Shown in pieces: positions 20,138 through 33,275 of a stretch of 64,000 nt of DNA. The notes under the pieces are model-generated. The model searched no databases. It had not been told where the DNA came from and saw only the letters and a list, made by a program, of their open reading frames with translations. How positions within the stretch are numbered: the first letter of the stretch is position 1; every line of letters begins with the position of its first letter. A program made the translations under genes and the position numbers. Source of the DNA: the human T2T-CHM13v2.0 reference genome, Homo sapiens; the NCBI RefSeq assembly GCF_009914755.1, contig NC_060928.1, one strand, 5' to 3'.

Positions 20138-20290
20138 GATAAAATAAGATATATACACATCTTATTTTACCCTAGCAGCAATTCTGTTAGATGAGGAAAC
20201 TGAAAATTCTAATAGATGAAGAAACTGAGGTTCAAAGAAGTTGCATAATTGGACCAAAGGAAAACAACTAAGAAACAAGCCCACATTCTT
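20020..20290 (-). mobile_element. MIR fragment containing a (TG)n(TA)n microsatellite (~20098-20137)
   Basis: TACTTTGTGCCAGGCAATGTGCT, TTTAATCCTCACAACAACTCTATGAGG, GATGAGGAAACTGA MIR core motifs. Confidence 0.75.
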
Positions 20291-23170
20291 TCCACTGTCA
20301 TTGTGCTTTGTTGATAGACTACCCCTGGCCCATGCTCATAGCCTTAGATAGCCTCATTTTTAAACAGAATTTGGTCACACTTCTTAGTCTGGTTTCTTAT
20401 CCTAAGGGATGTAGTATACACAAACATTAGAACATGACAGAAAGAAGAGAAGGAATGCTAGAGCAATAGCAATGGGGAATGAAAGCTGACAAAAGAGTAA
20501 ACCACCAAAACAAAAAAACAAAAACAAAACTCAACCCTATTAAAAAGCAGCCCAGGAACTCAAAAAGCATAGCTATATAGCAGTATGGAACTATTTTATG
20601 ACAGAATATACAACTCTATGTCATGCTGAGGTAATCATCATATTCAGTACTTTATTTTCCATATACTCTGTATGTACACACTCTGTATACAGTATGTATA
20701 TGTATTAGGGGGAATGTAATATATAAAAATTTTTTGAACAATGGGTATTGCCACTCTTTCCTTTAAGGGTTCTGGCTTGATGAAGTTTTGTTCATTGGTT
20801 TGTCTTGCTTTGCTATTGTAATACATAGAATTCCAGTAGAAGATCTACAAACACAAGCTGATTCTTAAACTGAGAAAGCAATATCCAGAGTCAGAACTTG
20901 CTTTTTGCTTATCTACCTAACTAAAAGCTGAAGAATAAATGAAGCAGTGACTGGTTATTGATACACTTTGCAACATTTCACTAGAACAACTTAAAACTGG
21001 AATTGAAGCATCAACTGAAGATTTCTGTGCAACTGTGGTTTAAATTGAATGCTGCGCTTTGTATAAACATAATTTTTTGTGGTTTAACTTTAGGCTGTTC
21101 TCTGCGGTCTTCCCATATAATGGGAATGCGTCAGAAGCACAGCTTCGTTTCCTGTGTAGGCTGGAAACTGTTAACTGCAAAGTTTGGAGACAGTCTCAGA
21201 GAGCTCACTGCCATATGTTAAACTAAACTTGATATGAAAAATCATATCAGTTTCCAGTTTCCCAGAACATTAAAAAGAAAAATAAAAAAGGAGCTCAAGC
21301 TTTATAAATATAAAAAGCATCTGTCTGCACAGGAAATTCTACTCTGTTATTTTGCAAATGATCCCTACTTATATTTACAAGAGAAATCAGATCTGATGAA
21401 CTATATGGAAGTAACACATTATTTTGTTCAAAATTTTGAAATATATATTTATAATTCTGTACAGCTGGCTGGACTGTGAACTAACTATCATTGTACAGAG
21501 ATCTCAACAGTGCTGCCCAGCATGATCTTAAAGCATGTATGTTTCCAAGTGAAAGGTGATGGAATATTTTGACAGCATGCTGCTAACTTAAACATTTTTG
21601 TTTAATGTAATTTTTGTGTCTAAGTGCTCCCAACCACCATTTCCAAGACAAGAAGACTCATGAGCATTCAGAAAACATTTGGCACTGTTTCATTTTAATT
21701 TTTTACTTCTCCTTGACTCTTTGAGCCTAGAAAGAATTTTCTCTGTAGTTGCTCACCCAGGTACAAGTGTCCTTGAGTTAATCTTCGGTAGCTCATTTTA
21801 GAATCCGACTGTGACTAAAGTTGGATTCTGTGACTGCCTTCTTGCCTGCCTCTCCACTGTCACCTATAATTTTGTCATTTCTTTTGCTCTGAACCAGCTT
21901 GCTATGCTAAAAGCCATCCCTTCCTTTCACATTTTATAATCCTCATAAGATTAACAGCCAAAATCCATGACCAGAACTCTGACCACGTACAGTCTACAGA
22001 GGACTTCATGCTACCTTGATAATACCCCGTATTTTACCAGCAACCATCTCTCAGACTTGACTATAACCCTCTGGTGTACCTCATCAATTCAATGCTCCAG
22101 TGTTTATCCTTGATTTCATTGTTTTCTTGCCTCACAGAGGTACCTAGAGATTTTTTCCAACAGAATCTTTCTGCCTTTTTCACTTAATAGCCTATCTATG
22201 CCAGTATTCCCAAGTAAACTCCCTTTAACTGTAAAGCCATTAATTTTTTCTTCTGATTTCTTCTTTTCTCTTTCCCACCTTTGTCTTGCCCAGTTTTTAC
22301 TTATTTTCATTCCTCTAGTAACTTAGGCCTCCTCTTACTCTCAGTTCCTTTTATTACCATTATTTTCTCTAAAATCAGATTAATATCATATATTAATAAT
22401 AATTAGTCATCCATCACTAAGTAGTGCCCACATTTACTAACTTCTCTGACTTAAAAGTTGCTGTCTTATCTATGTTCTTTTCTTTCCTAGACAACACTTT
22501 GGAATAGTATCTTTTCTCCCCCTACCTTATCACAAGAAGATTAAAATGACTCTTCTAGTAACAATTACACCTACCCTCTCTTATCTCGCACACTGGGAGG
22601 CACACGCCATGGGCCCTCCTTGATAGAGGTGAAGCTAAACCATATCCTTGTGGCAACTTATAAAAACCTCAATTGTGTGGTTTGCCTCTGCCTGTTCCTG
22701 AGGGCATGCAGACATAACGAACTTCTCTCTCAGCCTGGACCTGTGCTGGAAAAGAGTTTGACGCCCACTAAAACAGGCATTTCACTGTGAATTAGAAAGC
22801 CTCTGGAGAAGAGACTTTATGTAAATGTGTGTTCTCAGTGTGGAATTGTTCTTCCATGTTTACAATTGTTTGTGTGTCTTTTTCTCTGTGCCAAATTTCA
22901 GGTGACTGGAGACTGATTAGCTGGTCTGTGCTATCCTTACTCCACTTTAGCCAACACATTGCACATTCTTACCTCCAAAGTGGCAAAAAATGCAAATGTG
23001 TATCATTATGCTTTATTAGCTTTAGTAAAAAGTTTGCCATATTAAAGGTTAAAATTTTTGGCAATTTTTTGTACTCCTCGAATATCTAATTATTTAGATT
23101 AAAATAATTATATAATTATTCTAGTTACCTTTCTTGAATTTAAGTCTTAAAAAAAACCCTGCAAGCAAAC

Positions 23171-23230
23171 ATTTACCTATGTAACAAACCTGCACATCTT
23201 GCACATGTACCCCAGAACTTAAAATTTAAA
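23171..23230 (+). mobile_element. Very short (~60 bp) 5'-truncated L1PA 3' end
   Basis: TTTACCTATGTAACAAACCTGCACATCTTGCACATGTACCCCAGAACTTAAAAT, flanked by direct repeat AAAAAAACC(C)TGCAAGCAAAC. Confidence 0.85.
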
Positions 23231-25134
23231 AAAAAACCTGCAAGCAAACCTATCCCCTACATATTTTCTCATACTTCATCCATACATTTAACATTATAAA
23301 TTCTTTTAACTGTTTCTTCTTAAATTACTTTGCACTATGCCTTCATAACATTATATGCAGATAGAAAGTTGCATATTATTATGACCAAAGGTCATTTATT
23401 ATCTAACCTTTCATCTTGGTGTTGATGATGGTCAGCTCATTAAATTGTTCTTCTCAACCTGGGAGAATTAAGCCCTAATGCTCTTATGAATCCATTGCAC
23501 GTGATGAGTTCACTTCTCTAGCTTTGTACCCTTGTTGTGAGAATTATGAAAATAGGCAGTTGAATTATTTTCTCCATAATGATATAGAGAAATAATAATA
23601 CAGAGAATGTGGAATGTTCTCAAAAACTGGTTAAGAAAGGCTACATTAAGAAATATTTATTAAACTTCTAATATGAGACACCCACTACACTAATTGATAG
23701 AACAAAAAAGCTTTGTAAGCCATAACCCTTTCTCTTAAAGAATTTACATTTTACTTTATGAGATATGAAATAATCTGATGAAAGATCTGGAAAATAATCA
23801 ATGGAATTTGAGATTGAATTATGCAGCATCAACTTGAAATTTGAAAGTAAAAAAAACTATGTGAACTTCATCAATAATAGAGGTCTTCAAGGAGAAGGTA
23901 GATTTAAGTTGAAACCTTAATTTAGATTTAAATGAAAATTGAAAATAGACAATGAATTATCTATGAATTGTGAGGAAGTGAGGAGGCATTCAGGACAAGG
24001 AAGAGGAAAGCCATAAGACAGTAATAAGCAAATCAGGTGATAGAACCAAGAGTCACAAGCAAATCATTTAAATAATCCAAATATCAAATTTCTTAACTAT
24101 TAAAAAAATAGGGAAAATGTCAGTCTCACAGGGTTGTGGCAAAGAACAAGTTTGTGAAGATAATGTATGTGAAGGTACTGGGAAATATAGAGACAGTAAG
24201 GGCTCCTGGTAAATAGGATAGGATTCTTAGGATAAAGACAGCTTAGGAAGGTTTTTGCCATTTGCCTCTTTCTCATTAAAATGGCATGCAGATTATTCAG
24301 CATCCTCTATGCTGTACAGCATGAATTATTTCTAGAAGATTAATCACCAAATCAAATGCAAAAGCATCCTTCTACCAAGTTTTTTCTTGTCTTTGATGAA
24401 ATCACTGGGTTCACTGCTTTTATCAGTTTTCATTTGGATAATATTTAAAATGCTCTTTTATCCCAATTTGAATACCCTCAATCAATGTCAGCCTCTTTTA
24501 ATTTGGTTTAAGATTACAGGAAAACATCATGACCCTATAGATTTTTCCACCACAACTATTAAGAACAATGGAGCCAGACATATTTTAACAACAAAAGAAC
24601 ATGAATGGAGTTTGCCTTTTGACTTATCATTTAAGTCCTGGGTTTCAGATCATGATAAATATTTCAGAATGGGGTAATCCTGGATCATGATTATAAAGTA
24701 TATCAAGGCTGCAACACAAGTGCTGCTGGGATTTTTTAAAGGGAAACATTCTTATGAGTCTTGAAGTCTCAATGAAGAATGGAAGATTTGAATGAGTTTT
24801 CCTGGATGATCATGATTCGGTTAGGTGAAGGAGTGGAGAAGGCAACAATCTGCAGGAAGAATAATCCTGGAATGTTTAGAAAATCCAGGAGGGGCTTTAC
24901 TGAAATGGAAATCTAATACTGGAGAACAATGAGAAATAAAGTTGGATAGTTACAGTTAAGTTGAATGAGTAACTAATTCAGTCACCACACACACCCTATT
25001 TTAATTTCTTAAGCATATTCTGAGGGTCTCAAGGACCCACAGGAAAAAAAAAAGCATAAGTCCTTTTAAAAATTGTATTATATCTACGACATCCATATAA
25101 CAAGGCTGAAATTAGAATCTGGATGTGTTATTTT

Positions 25135-25858
25135 AATATTTTTAATTGTGATAAAATACACATAATGTAAAATTTATCATCTTAATTATTTTTAAGTACA
25201 GAACTCAGTAGTGTCAAGCACATTCACATTGTTGTGACACAGGTCTCCAAAACATTTTCATATTGCAAATCTGCATCTCTATATCCATCAAACAGCAATT
25301 CCGTATTCCTCCTGCCCCGAATCCTTAGCAACTACTATTCTGTTTTATGTCTCTATAAACTTGACTATTCCAGGTACCTCACTTAAGTGGAACCAAACAG
25401 TATTTTTCTTATTGTTACTGGCTTATTTCACTTAGCATAATATCCTCAAGGTTCATTGATGTTATCGCATGTGTCAGAATTTTCTTCCTTTTTAAGACTG
25501 AGTAATATTCCATTGTATGTATATATCACATTTGGTGTATTCATTCATTCATTGATGAACACTTAAATTGCTTCCACCTTGTGGCCATTGTGAATAAAAG
25601 CTGCAGTGAACATGGGTGTACAAACATCTCTTCAAGACCCTGTTTTCAGTTGTTTTAGGTATATACCCAGAAGCAGAATTGCTGGATCATATGGTAATTC
25701 TATCTTCAATTTTTTGAAGAATCATTATACTGTTTTCCATAGCAGCTATACCACTATACATTCCCACCATCAGTGCACAGGGATTCCAACTTTCTCACAA
25801 CCTTGCCAACACATTATTTCCTGTTGCTTTGATACTAGCTATCCTAATAAGTTTGAGA
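25135..25858 (-). mobile_element. L1MB-like 3' fragment
   Basis: TGGCTTATTTCACTTAGCATAATATCCTCAAGGTTCAT; ATATACCCAGAAGCAGAATTGCTGGATCATATGG. Confidence 0.8.
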
Positions 25859-25869
25859 TTATTTTAGTA

Positions 25870-26270
25870 TTGCCAAATATTGTGATTTATCCTACTTGCA
25901 AGCTAAAAGTTGGCCAGCTACAATTCATGGATGCTGGAAGAAGGCATGAGGTTAAATATAAAGGACAGCAATAGCAATAGCCAGAATATCAGATATATTA
26001 CCTAAGAGGAACTCCAACTTTAGAGAACCCAAATCTCACATAATAGGCAATAAACCTGTCTGACTTTTGCCCTAGAAAGTCATAATTTTTATTATGGTGG
26101 ACAATAGACAAACCTGACCTTTGCCCTGGGGGGAGACACTATTTCTGTCTTCCAAGGCTGTTTACTTTACAAATATCTTTAAAAAGATAGTCCAGGGAAA
26201 AAAAGGCAGTCAGTATATTTGCTTGTAAGATTTACCTAAATGAGAGACCCATTGAAAGCGTGCCATAATG
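25870..26270 (-). mobile_element. ERVL-type solo LTR (MER54/MER74/LTR47-like group)
   Basis: GGAGACACTATTTTCTGTCTTCCAAGGCTGTTTAC...AAAAGATAGTCCAG...AAAGGCAGTCAGT block recalled from that LTR group. Confidence 0.55.
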
Positions 26271-27064
26271 AGTAACTTCACATATTTTTAACATTAGTAC
26301 TGCATAAGAAAACATTTATTCCTATAAATCAGATATGAATAGTAATCTATAAATTGAGGTTTGCAAAAATTAGGTTTTTTTAATTAAATTAGATCATAAT
26401 GCAAGCCCTCATTCTGCCATAATTACTAGAAATCTAACTTCAGTTATCTGATCAATGGTGAGAATTTGGAAGTGGTAAGGGAGGGAAGGTGGAGGTCCAC
26501 TCCCAATTAAACTTTTTTAAAAACTAGAAAAGTTTTAGTGTCTGGAAAATGAAGTAATATCCTGTAGCCTTAAACCTATTATTGTGTTTAATATATATGT
26601 ATCCTTGGCTTAAATGAGCAAGACTAATAAAATCCAGAAACAGCCTCATTATTTTTCCTGTGCCCATCCCTATAAGCCAATCTGTAGGGCTAGTTCCTCC
26701 CATCTCCCCAGAAAAAAAACTCAAGTAAGCCTCAACATTTTTTGGTTATTCTCAGATACTAAAAAGTTCTCCAGTCACTTTAGTTGTGAATAAGTCTCAA
26801 TTTAGTAAGTAATGTATCCAATATTATATAATAATCAAAGTACTAAATGTAATTTAAGGTTGAAACTTTTAACCCCTGCCCTCATCCTACAGCTCTACTT
26901 TACTACAAGGAAGGCTCTTCAATGGGAAAATGAGGATGATAGACTTTGTCTCTATTTCCTACCTTACGCCTCCAGTTAACATGGTTCTTAACACATCTAG
27001 GGTGAAAATAGAGGGGGAGTGGAGGAAGAGGAGAGGTAAGAGCCAAAGACAAAGAAATAGGGTT

Positions 27065-27442
27065 TGTTTGTTTTTTTAACCTTTATTTTAGATTCAGGGG
27101 ATATATGTACAAGTTTGTTAACTGAGTGTATTTCCTGATGCTGAAGTTTGGGGTTCAAATGATCCCATCAACCAGGTACTGAGAATAGGACCCAACAGCT
27201 AGTTTTTCAACTCTTGCCTCTCTCCCTTCCTCCCCTCTCTGGCAGTCCCCAGTGTCTACTGCTGCCATCTTTATGACCATGAGTATCCAACGTTTAGCTT
27301 CCACTTATAAGTGAGAATATGTGGTATTTGGTTTTTTGTTCCTGCATTAATTCACGTAGGATAATAGCCTCCAGCTGCATCTATGTTGCTGCAAAGGATA
27401 TGATTTCATTGCTTTCCATGGCTGTGTAATATTCTGTGGTGT
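27065..27442 (-). mobile_element. 5'-truncated L1PA15/16-like 3' end
   Basis: TTTATTTTAGATTCAGGGG...TGATGCTGAAGTTTGGGG...TTAGCTTCCACTTATAAGTGAGAATATG. Confidence 0.85.
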
Positions 27443-30259
27443 CCCTCTTTGAGTGGTACAAAGAAGTACACAGATCAACTTAGGAGACAATTCAGTAGCC
27501 TGTTCAAAATAACCCACTAAATGCCAGGAAGTAACAGTTTGGAGACAAATTTGGTTAGATAGGTGACTTTTCAATTTAGCTTTGGTTTAATCTTGAGTCT
27601 TCTCAGAGCCTAGATAAAAGCCTAAGAAGAAAGCACCACAGGATTGGGTCATGTAGTGCATCTACAGTGTACCTAGTTGTACAGACATTTTCTAGAGGCT
27701 GGTGGGTGACCTAAGGTCAAGTAGCCCATTTCTTGACCAGCTTATACTTTTACAGTCATCTTATTTTTCAGTGATGAACACTCTAATATCTCCTAAGTGC
27801 CCTCACCTAACCACACAGGAAAAAGAGGAAAGAAACGAAATACCTGTGAATTCCAACAGCCAGAGTTTGTGTCCCCTGCAGTAATAACCATTTACTGTAA
27901 CCACTGTCAGTTACCTTTAAAACTACAGCTCTTGCCAATGACTCATCAGGCAAAGTGCCACCTCATAGCACAAACTAATCCTTGGTACCCAAAATGCCAA
28001 AGAAATCAGATATCTCAATGTAAAGGAGAGCAAAGCTTCAGACTTGAGGGGAACCTACTCACGATTCTCAGGGCTCCATGAGGAAGACAGAGTACTCCAA
28101 AAAAGAAATCAGTGGCACCTTCCCTGTGTTGTTCCTCAAAGGGTATCAGAGTCACCAGAAGTCTCCTTTAGGTCTCTTCAGGTAGCCACGAGAACTCTAT
28201 TCCCTCTTAGTAATTTCCCATCTCCTGACCACCAAATGAAGGAGGTAGGGGCTAGAAGAGAAACGTATCAAGAATGCAAGGAAACTGGATGGAAGATAAA
28301 CGATGGTTAAAAGGAAGAAGGAGGAGCAGGAAATGGAAAGAACAGATCTGAGAGGAGCCAGTTTGAGATCTTGTTTTCCAAAAAGGCCAGGGAAGTTCCA
28401 CATTATCTTCAGCAAAAATAATGCCGACAAGAAAGGAAGCAAACAGAAGGGCTGAGCATTTAGTTAGCATGAGTTTGAGAAGCTTCAATTAACTGAGAAG
28501 CTCCCATGGGAGAAGCAAGATCCAATACAGAGACCAGAGAGGCCTTAAATAAATTATACCCTGAATATCAACTTCCAATTAAGCTCACTTCTGACCATAG
28601 AGCTCTTTTAAATATCTTTTCAAAAATTATCAGATTTCGGCTGGGACAAACAGCAAATATTCTTGGCTCTATTTTCTCCCATTAAGCCAACAATATTGAA
28701 CTAATCTTATTTACCAGAGATTCACCTAAGTCACATGAAAGTGAAAAACATTTGGGTTTGTTACTATATTTTCAGCAGTTTTAGGTATATTTAGTTAATA
28801 TGAGTGTCCATTTATCTATAAGGCAATTTGAAACTCATTTAAGGGATTCAACAAATAAAATAAACCAAAATTTTAAACCAAAGGTATACCTAATAGGTGA
28901 CTCAGGACAAAAATTAATAAGCCTTTTATGATTTAACCAAGGATTCACAAGTCATCTCTGCAGAGGTGCAAAAATGCAGCCCTCTCAAGGTCCAGAGCCA
29001 CTTCCCAAAGACAGCCAAAAGAGAAAAAGATTCAGACAATGCTTTGAGAGCTGGCAATAGTAGGTATGCTAGCTACACATGGGGTTCAAGCCACATTTTT
29101 GTCTGGCCATATTTTGGGGGCCAGACCACTTTTCAGTTGGTTCATCATGGAAGCAGGCCCAATAAAATGCATGCCCTGACAGGCAGGAAGCCAAGCCAAG
29201 TTCTCGGGACACGAATTGAAACAAACAGGAAAACAAAAGCTGTTCATGGGAGGGAAGGATTAGTAACAAATTGGTACCCCAAGACCAAAAGGCACAATTC
29301 AAACATTTTTCGTATAGTGACTCAAACCAATAATACTATGGAAAGTTCAATTCCAGAGACTAAGACAGCAAAGACTTCCATTGCCACAGGTAGTAATGAC
29401 AGTATTTATGTAAATGGTATCTCCAGTCTCCCACAAAAAATCTGGGATGCCTCCAGTCACAAATACAGTAATCTGTGACAACAGGCAAATGATACTGGGA
29501 TGGGAGTTTCCCTTTACTAACCAAGCAATGAGGACAAGGACTTCTTATAAGACAAACTCCCCTGAGAATTGAAATGATCAAAGGAAACCTCTGGGTTCTA
29601 GGCCATTCAGCTGGCTGCCTGACACAAGCCAACACTTTGCACTTTCCTAAAATGGAACAGAGAGAATGTCTTCAATGGTCACAAAGCCAAGATCTCAGGA
29701 TATAAAACAAAAGAGAATCTCAGGATATAAGACAAAAGGAGAATCTCATCCAGTTTTTGACTCAGTTACCTACAGCAAAGTTAGTTTAACTAAACAGAAG
29801 TCTGGTAAGAACTACAAATCCACCAGCCTGTCAGGCCAGTTTGAGCAACAACCTTAGAAAGCCTATGCCTGTGCTCCTTGCCCTGTGATTCTGCTGTTTA
29901 TGATAAACAATACAAAAGACAGACAACAGAAAACAAGGCAGCATCTCTGCAAGGGAAGGGATCAGAAAATAAGACTACTCATACCAAACAAACAAACAAA
30001 CAATCACCAGATTCACTATACCCAGCAACTCGTACATACGGATGATTTTCTCCTGCTAACCTGAATTTTGGAAAGAAGAGATGAGAAAATTTTACCTTCC
30101 ATTCTCCACCAGACGACACTACAGGCAGAGATCCAGGAGGGCTGTCCTTGGAAAACAATGTTTACCATTTCTTTGCTGGCTTTTCATCTGTTGTTCCAGA
30201 ATCTCATCTGCAGGCTCTGGAGCAAGTCAAGTGTCCCAGCTGCCCCACATTGGGCACCA
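27443..30259 (-). mobile_element. ERV internal region (5' leader side, MER4-group/ERV1-like) starting at a tRNA-Lys primer-binding site
   Basis: 30242-30259 GCCCCACATTGGGCACCA equals the tRNA-Lys(CTT) 3' end GCCCCACGTTGGGCGCCA with two CpG-decay changes; ERV-like leader composition; no intact gag/pol. Confidence 0.6.
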
Positions 30260-30607
30260 GAACTATAGGAATAATTGACTAAATCACTGGGCACATGATT
30301 GAGCTCGGTTTCCAGCCCTTCTCTTCTTTCTCATCCTTCTGAGGATTCAAGGATACTGGTGATATCATTTGATTCAAAGCTCCACCAGTCTAATCAAATG
30401 GTCGGTCTTTCTGGCAGGGCCTATCCCCATCCCAAATCATTTCATTAGTATAAGCTATCTAGGGCCCCACCATGAATCATCTCACTAGTATAAGCTATCT
30501 GGACCCACCATGAATAACAAAGAACTCCTATCATTTGGGAAATTTCAGAGAACTAGTTTTCCTCTCAAGAACTAGAGACAAACACTAATCAAATTCTCCA
30601 TTACACA
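30260..30607 (-). mobile_element. MER21-like LTR (partial)
   Basis: TAAATCACTGGGCACATGATTGAGCTC, CATGAATAACAAAGAACTCCTATCA, TG.. terminus on minus strand; abuts the PBS. Confidence 0.6.
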
Positions 30608-31179
30608 ACAATCTTCAAGTGGATGAATGACCAAAGGTTTTTTACCACCTCCCTTGCAAGACAAGTGGTTCAGGATCTCACTCTGGAATTTAGGATAATT
30701 GCTATTGTCTTCTGGCCTCGGATGAAAACTCAGTCTAAAACATATTTACATATGTTGCATATTTACATCCTCTTAATCGTAAATTGGCTAAGCCTGCATG
30801 ACTGCAGAAGGGCCAGCAGATCTGTGGCTTCTATGTGCGTCAGGCTGGGAAAAGGGCACCTTGACTAAGTTTGGAAACCCAGAAATCTTGGCTGTAGCCT
30901 GCACAGATGTACCACGGGGCACTCACTCAAATGCAAAGTCCTACCACTTACTCACGGTGCTAGAAGGGTGGCTCAGGCCACCCCTCACTCACAGAACTCC
31001 TGTTCCAATTTTAGTTTTACAGAGTCTCACTTCTCTCTCCTCTTCTTACCTAGCAAAATAATGTCAAAAAACTAGATGTAAGGAGAATGAAGTTGACAAA
31101 ACAGTTTAAAGAATCATTTCATTGCACATGGCACTGAAGAACAAAATGAAATCATTTCTTTAAAAAGTATTCATCCTCT

Positions 31180-31555
31180 GCCATGGTTAATCTTACGTGT
31201 CAGTTTGGTAAGGCCATGGTACTCAGATATTTGTTCAAATATTATTCTAGGTGTTTCTGTGCAGGTATTTCTTTAGATGAGATAACATTTAAATCAGTAG
31301 CCTATGAGTAAAGCAGATTACCCTCCATAATGTGGGTGGGCCTCATCCAAATACTTAAAAGCCTTAATAGAAAAAGACTGACCTCCCCAGAAGAGGAAAT
31401 TCTCCCAGCAGATTGTGCTTGGACTCAAACTGCAACTCTTCTCTGTGTCTCCAGCCCTGCAAATCTGGGGCTTACCAAGTCTCTATAGTCACAAGCCAAT
31501 TCCTCAAAATAAATCTCTGTCTGTCTGTCTCTCATTTTCTCTCTGTCTCCCTTTG

Positions 31556-31616
<61 letters not shown>

Positions 31617-31660
31617 TCTCTGTCTCTGTTGGTTCTGTTTCTCTAGAGAACCCTAAGACA
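31180..31660 (+). mobile_element. MLT2C/D-like ERVL LTR with (CT)n(CA)n microsatellite (~31556-31613)
   Basis: ATGGTTAATCTTACGTGTCAG; GAGTAAAGCAGATTACCCTCCATAATGTGGGTGGGCCTCATCCAA; GGTTCTGTTTCTCTAGAGAACCCT. Confidence 0.85.
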
Positions 31661-32483
31661 TTTTTAATATTGTATAACAATATGCAATATTAAGTATACA
31701 TAATTTATTAGTAGAAATGTGCTTTCATTCTATGCATCAAAGGAATACTCTGTACTATGTACTTACTTGCTGTAAGCATGTTTGTGGTCTGCATTTTCAC
31801 ATGTGCCCTCTGACTATGAAAGCTGCATAATTACAAACTATCTCCAGGCCTTTCCATTTTCCATGAAGTGGCTTTTTCTTTATTACTTACCTTTTATTTC
31901 TGCATTCCTACTCAACTGGCAAATAAATTGAGGCACAAATGAATAAGACTTTCTACTTTAATTTAAGGATAATAAATATGAGTCACTAAATTTTTGTACA
32001 ACATATCCTATTAGTTTCTTATATTTCGTTAAGAGACACCAATGCTAAAGAGACATGTAACAGGGAATAGCTGTTTAATAACATCAAAGAATGTTAAAAT
32101 ATAATTGAAATGATGGGTACATATGCTACTGTACATTTTTTAAATGTATATTGAATTTCAAAGAAATATTTGATATATGTTACCATTAATTATTTAATAT
32201 GGAAGAAAGCATTTTACTTCATGCTGTGTGTATATACAAACTAAACACATTTTTAATTGTCTATGCATTTAAATTATTTATGAACATAAGGGAAGCTTAC
32301 CAAATTTAGTTCACTTTAACAGGAAATCAAATGCACTGGTGTAATAAAATTTGTGATGATAAATGCTTGTAAATTAAAGCCAATAAGTATAAGATAAAGT
32401 GGTATCTAATAATATGTATATTATACATTTATTATAAATTATATATATTAATTTTATAACATACATATGATATATGTAGATAT

Positions 32484-32881
32484 CATTAAAAGAAAAACCT
32501 TAGACAAATTAAATTTAACAGTTTAATTGAGCAAAGAACAATTTGCAAATCAGGCAGCCTCTTGAGCCAGGGTACATTCAGAGAGATTCCAGTGCAGCCA
32601 CATGGTTGAAGATTTATGGACAGAAAAAGGAAAGTGATGTACAGAACATGGAAGTGGGGTACAGAAACAGCCAGATTGGTTGGTTACAGTTCAGCATTTG
32701 CCTAATTTGGACATGGCTTGAATAGTTGGCTACCTTTCATTGGCCAAAACTCAGTGATTGACACAAGAATGGGTTTATTTATTTACATCTCCATTTACAT
32801 TATAGTTCACTATGTATAGAGAACCCTTTAGGCTGCACTTAAAGTATGTAAGGAGGCATATGCTTTATGCTAAACTTAACA
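32484..32881 (-). mobile_element. 3' LTR (MER57A/B-like)
   Basis: AAAAACCTTAGACAAATTAAATTTAACAG...TCCAGTGCAGCCACATGG...CTTAAAGTATGTAAGGAGGC; preceded on the minus strand by PPT AGAGGGGAAATT (32882-32893). Confidence 0.88.
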
Positions 32882-33275
32882 ATTTCCCCTCTAAAATTAA
32901 GAGGATGACCAAAACTTTAGTCATTGATGTCACTATTACCATCATAATTTTACTTATTTGGTCTTGAAACCCAGTGGGAAAACAGTGGGTTTTATAAAGT
33001 AGAAACAAGCACTTCAGGTTATTTTTTGGGTAACGGTCAGAGGAGAGGGTACCTCCTTGTTTTGGAATCTTCTGCTTACAGGAGAAAAACAAAATCTGGT
33101 CTGTTTTAGGACCTATCTACTTCCTTAAAGTTTCAGTTTGATTGTGTCATATTTAGCATGAGTGACTCCATTTTAGTTTGGTCTGGTCTGCTGGGGCCTA
33201 CTGTACAAACTCAGTCTAAAACAATGGCTCCCATAATTTTCTTTAAAAAAATTCCTCCATTTTGATTAACTTCTC

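Noticed and set aside
28966-29478. 170-aa ORF
   Set aside because: Antisense to ERV internal sequence, GTG start, no recognisable motif
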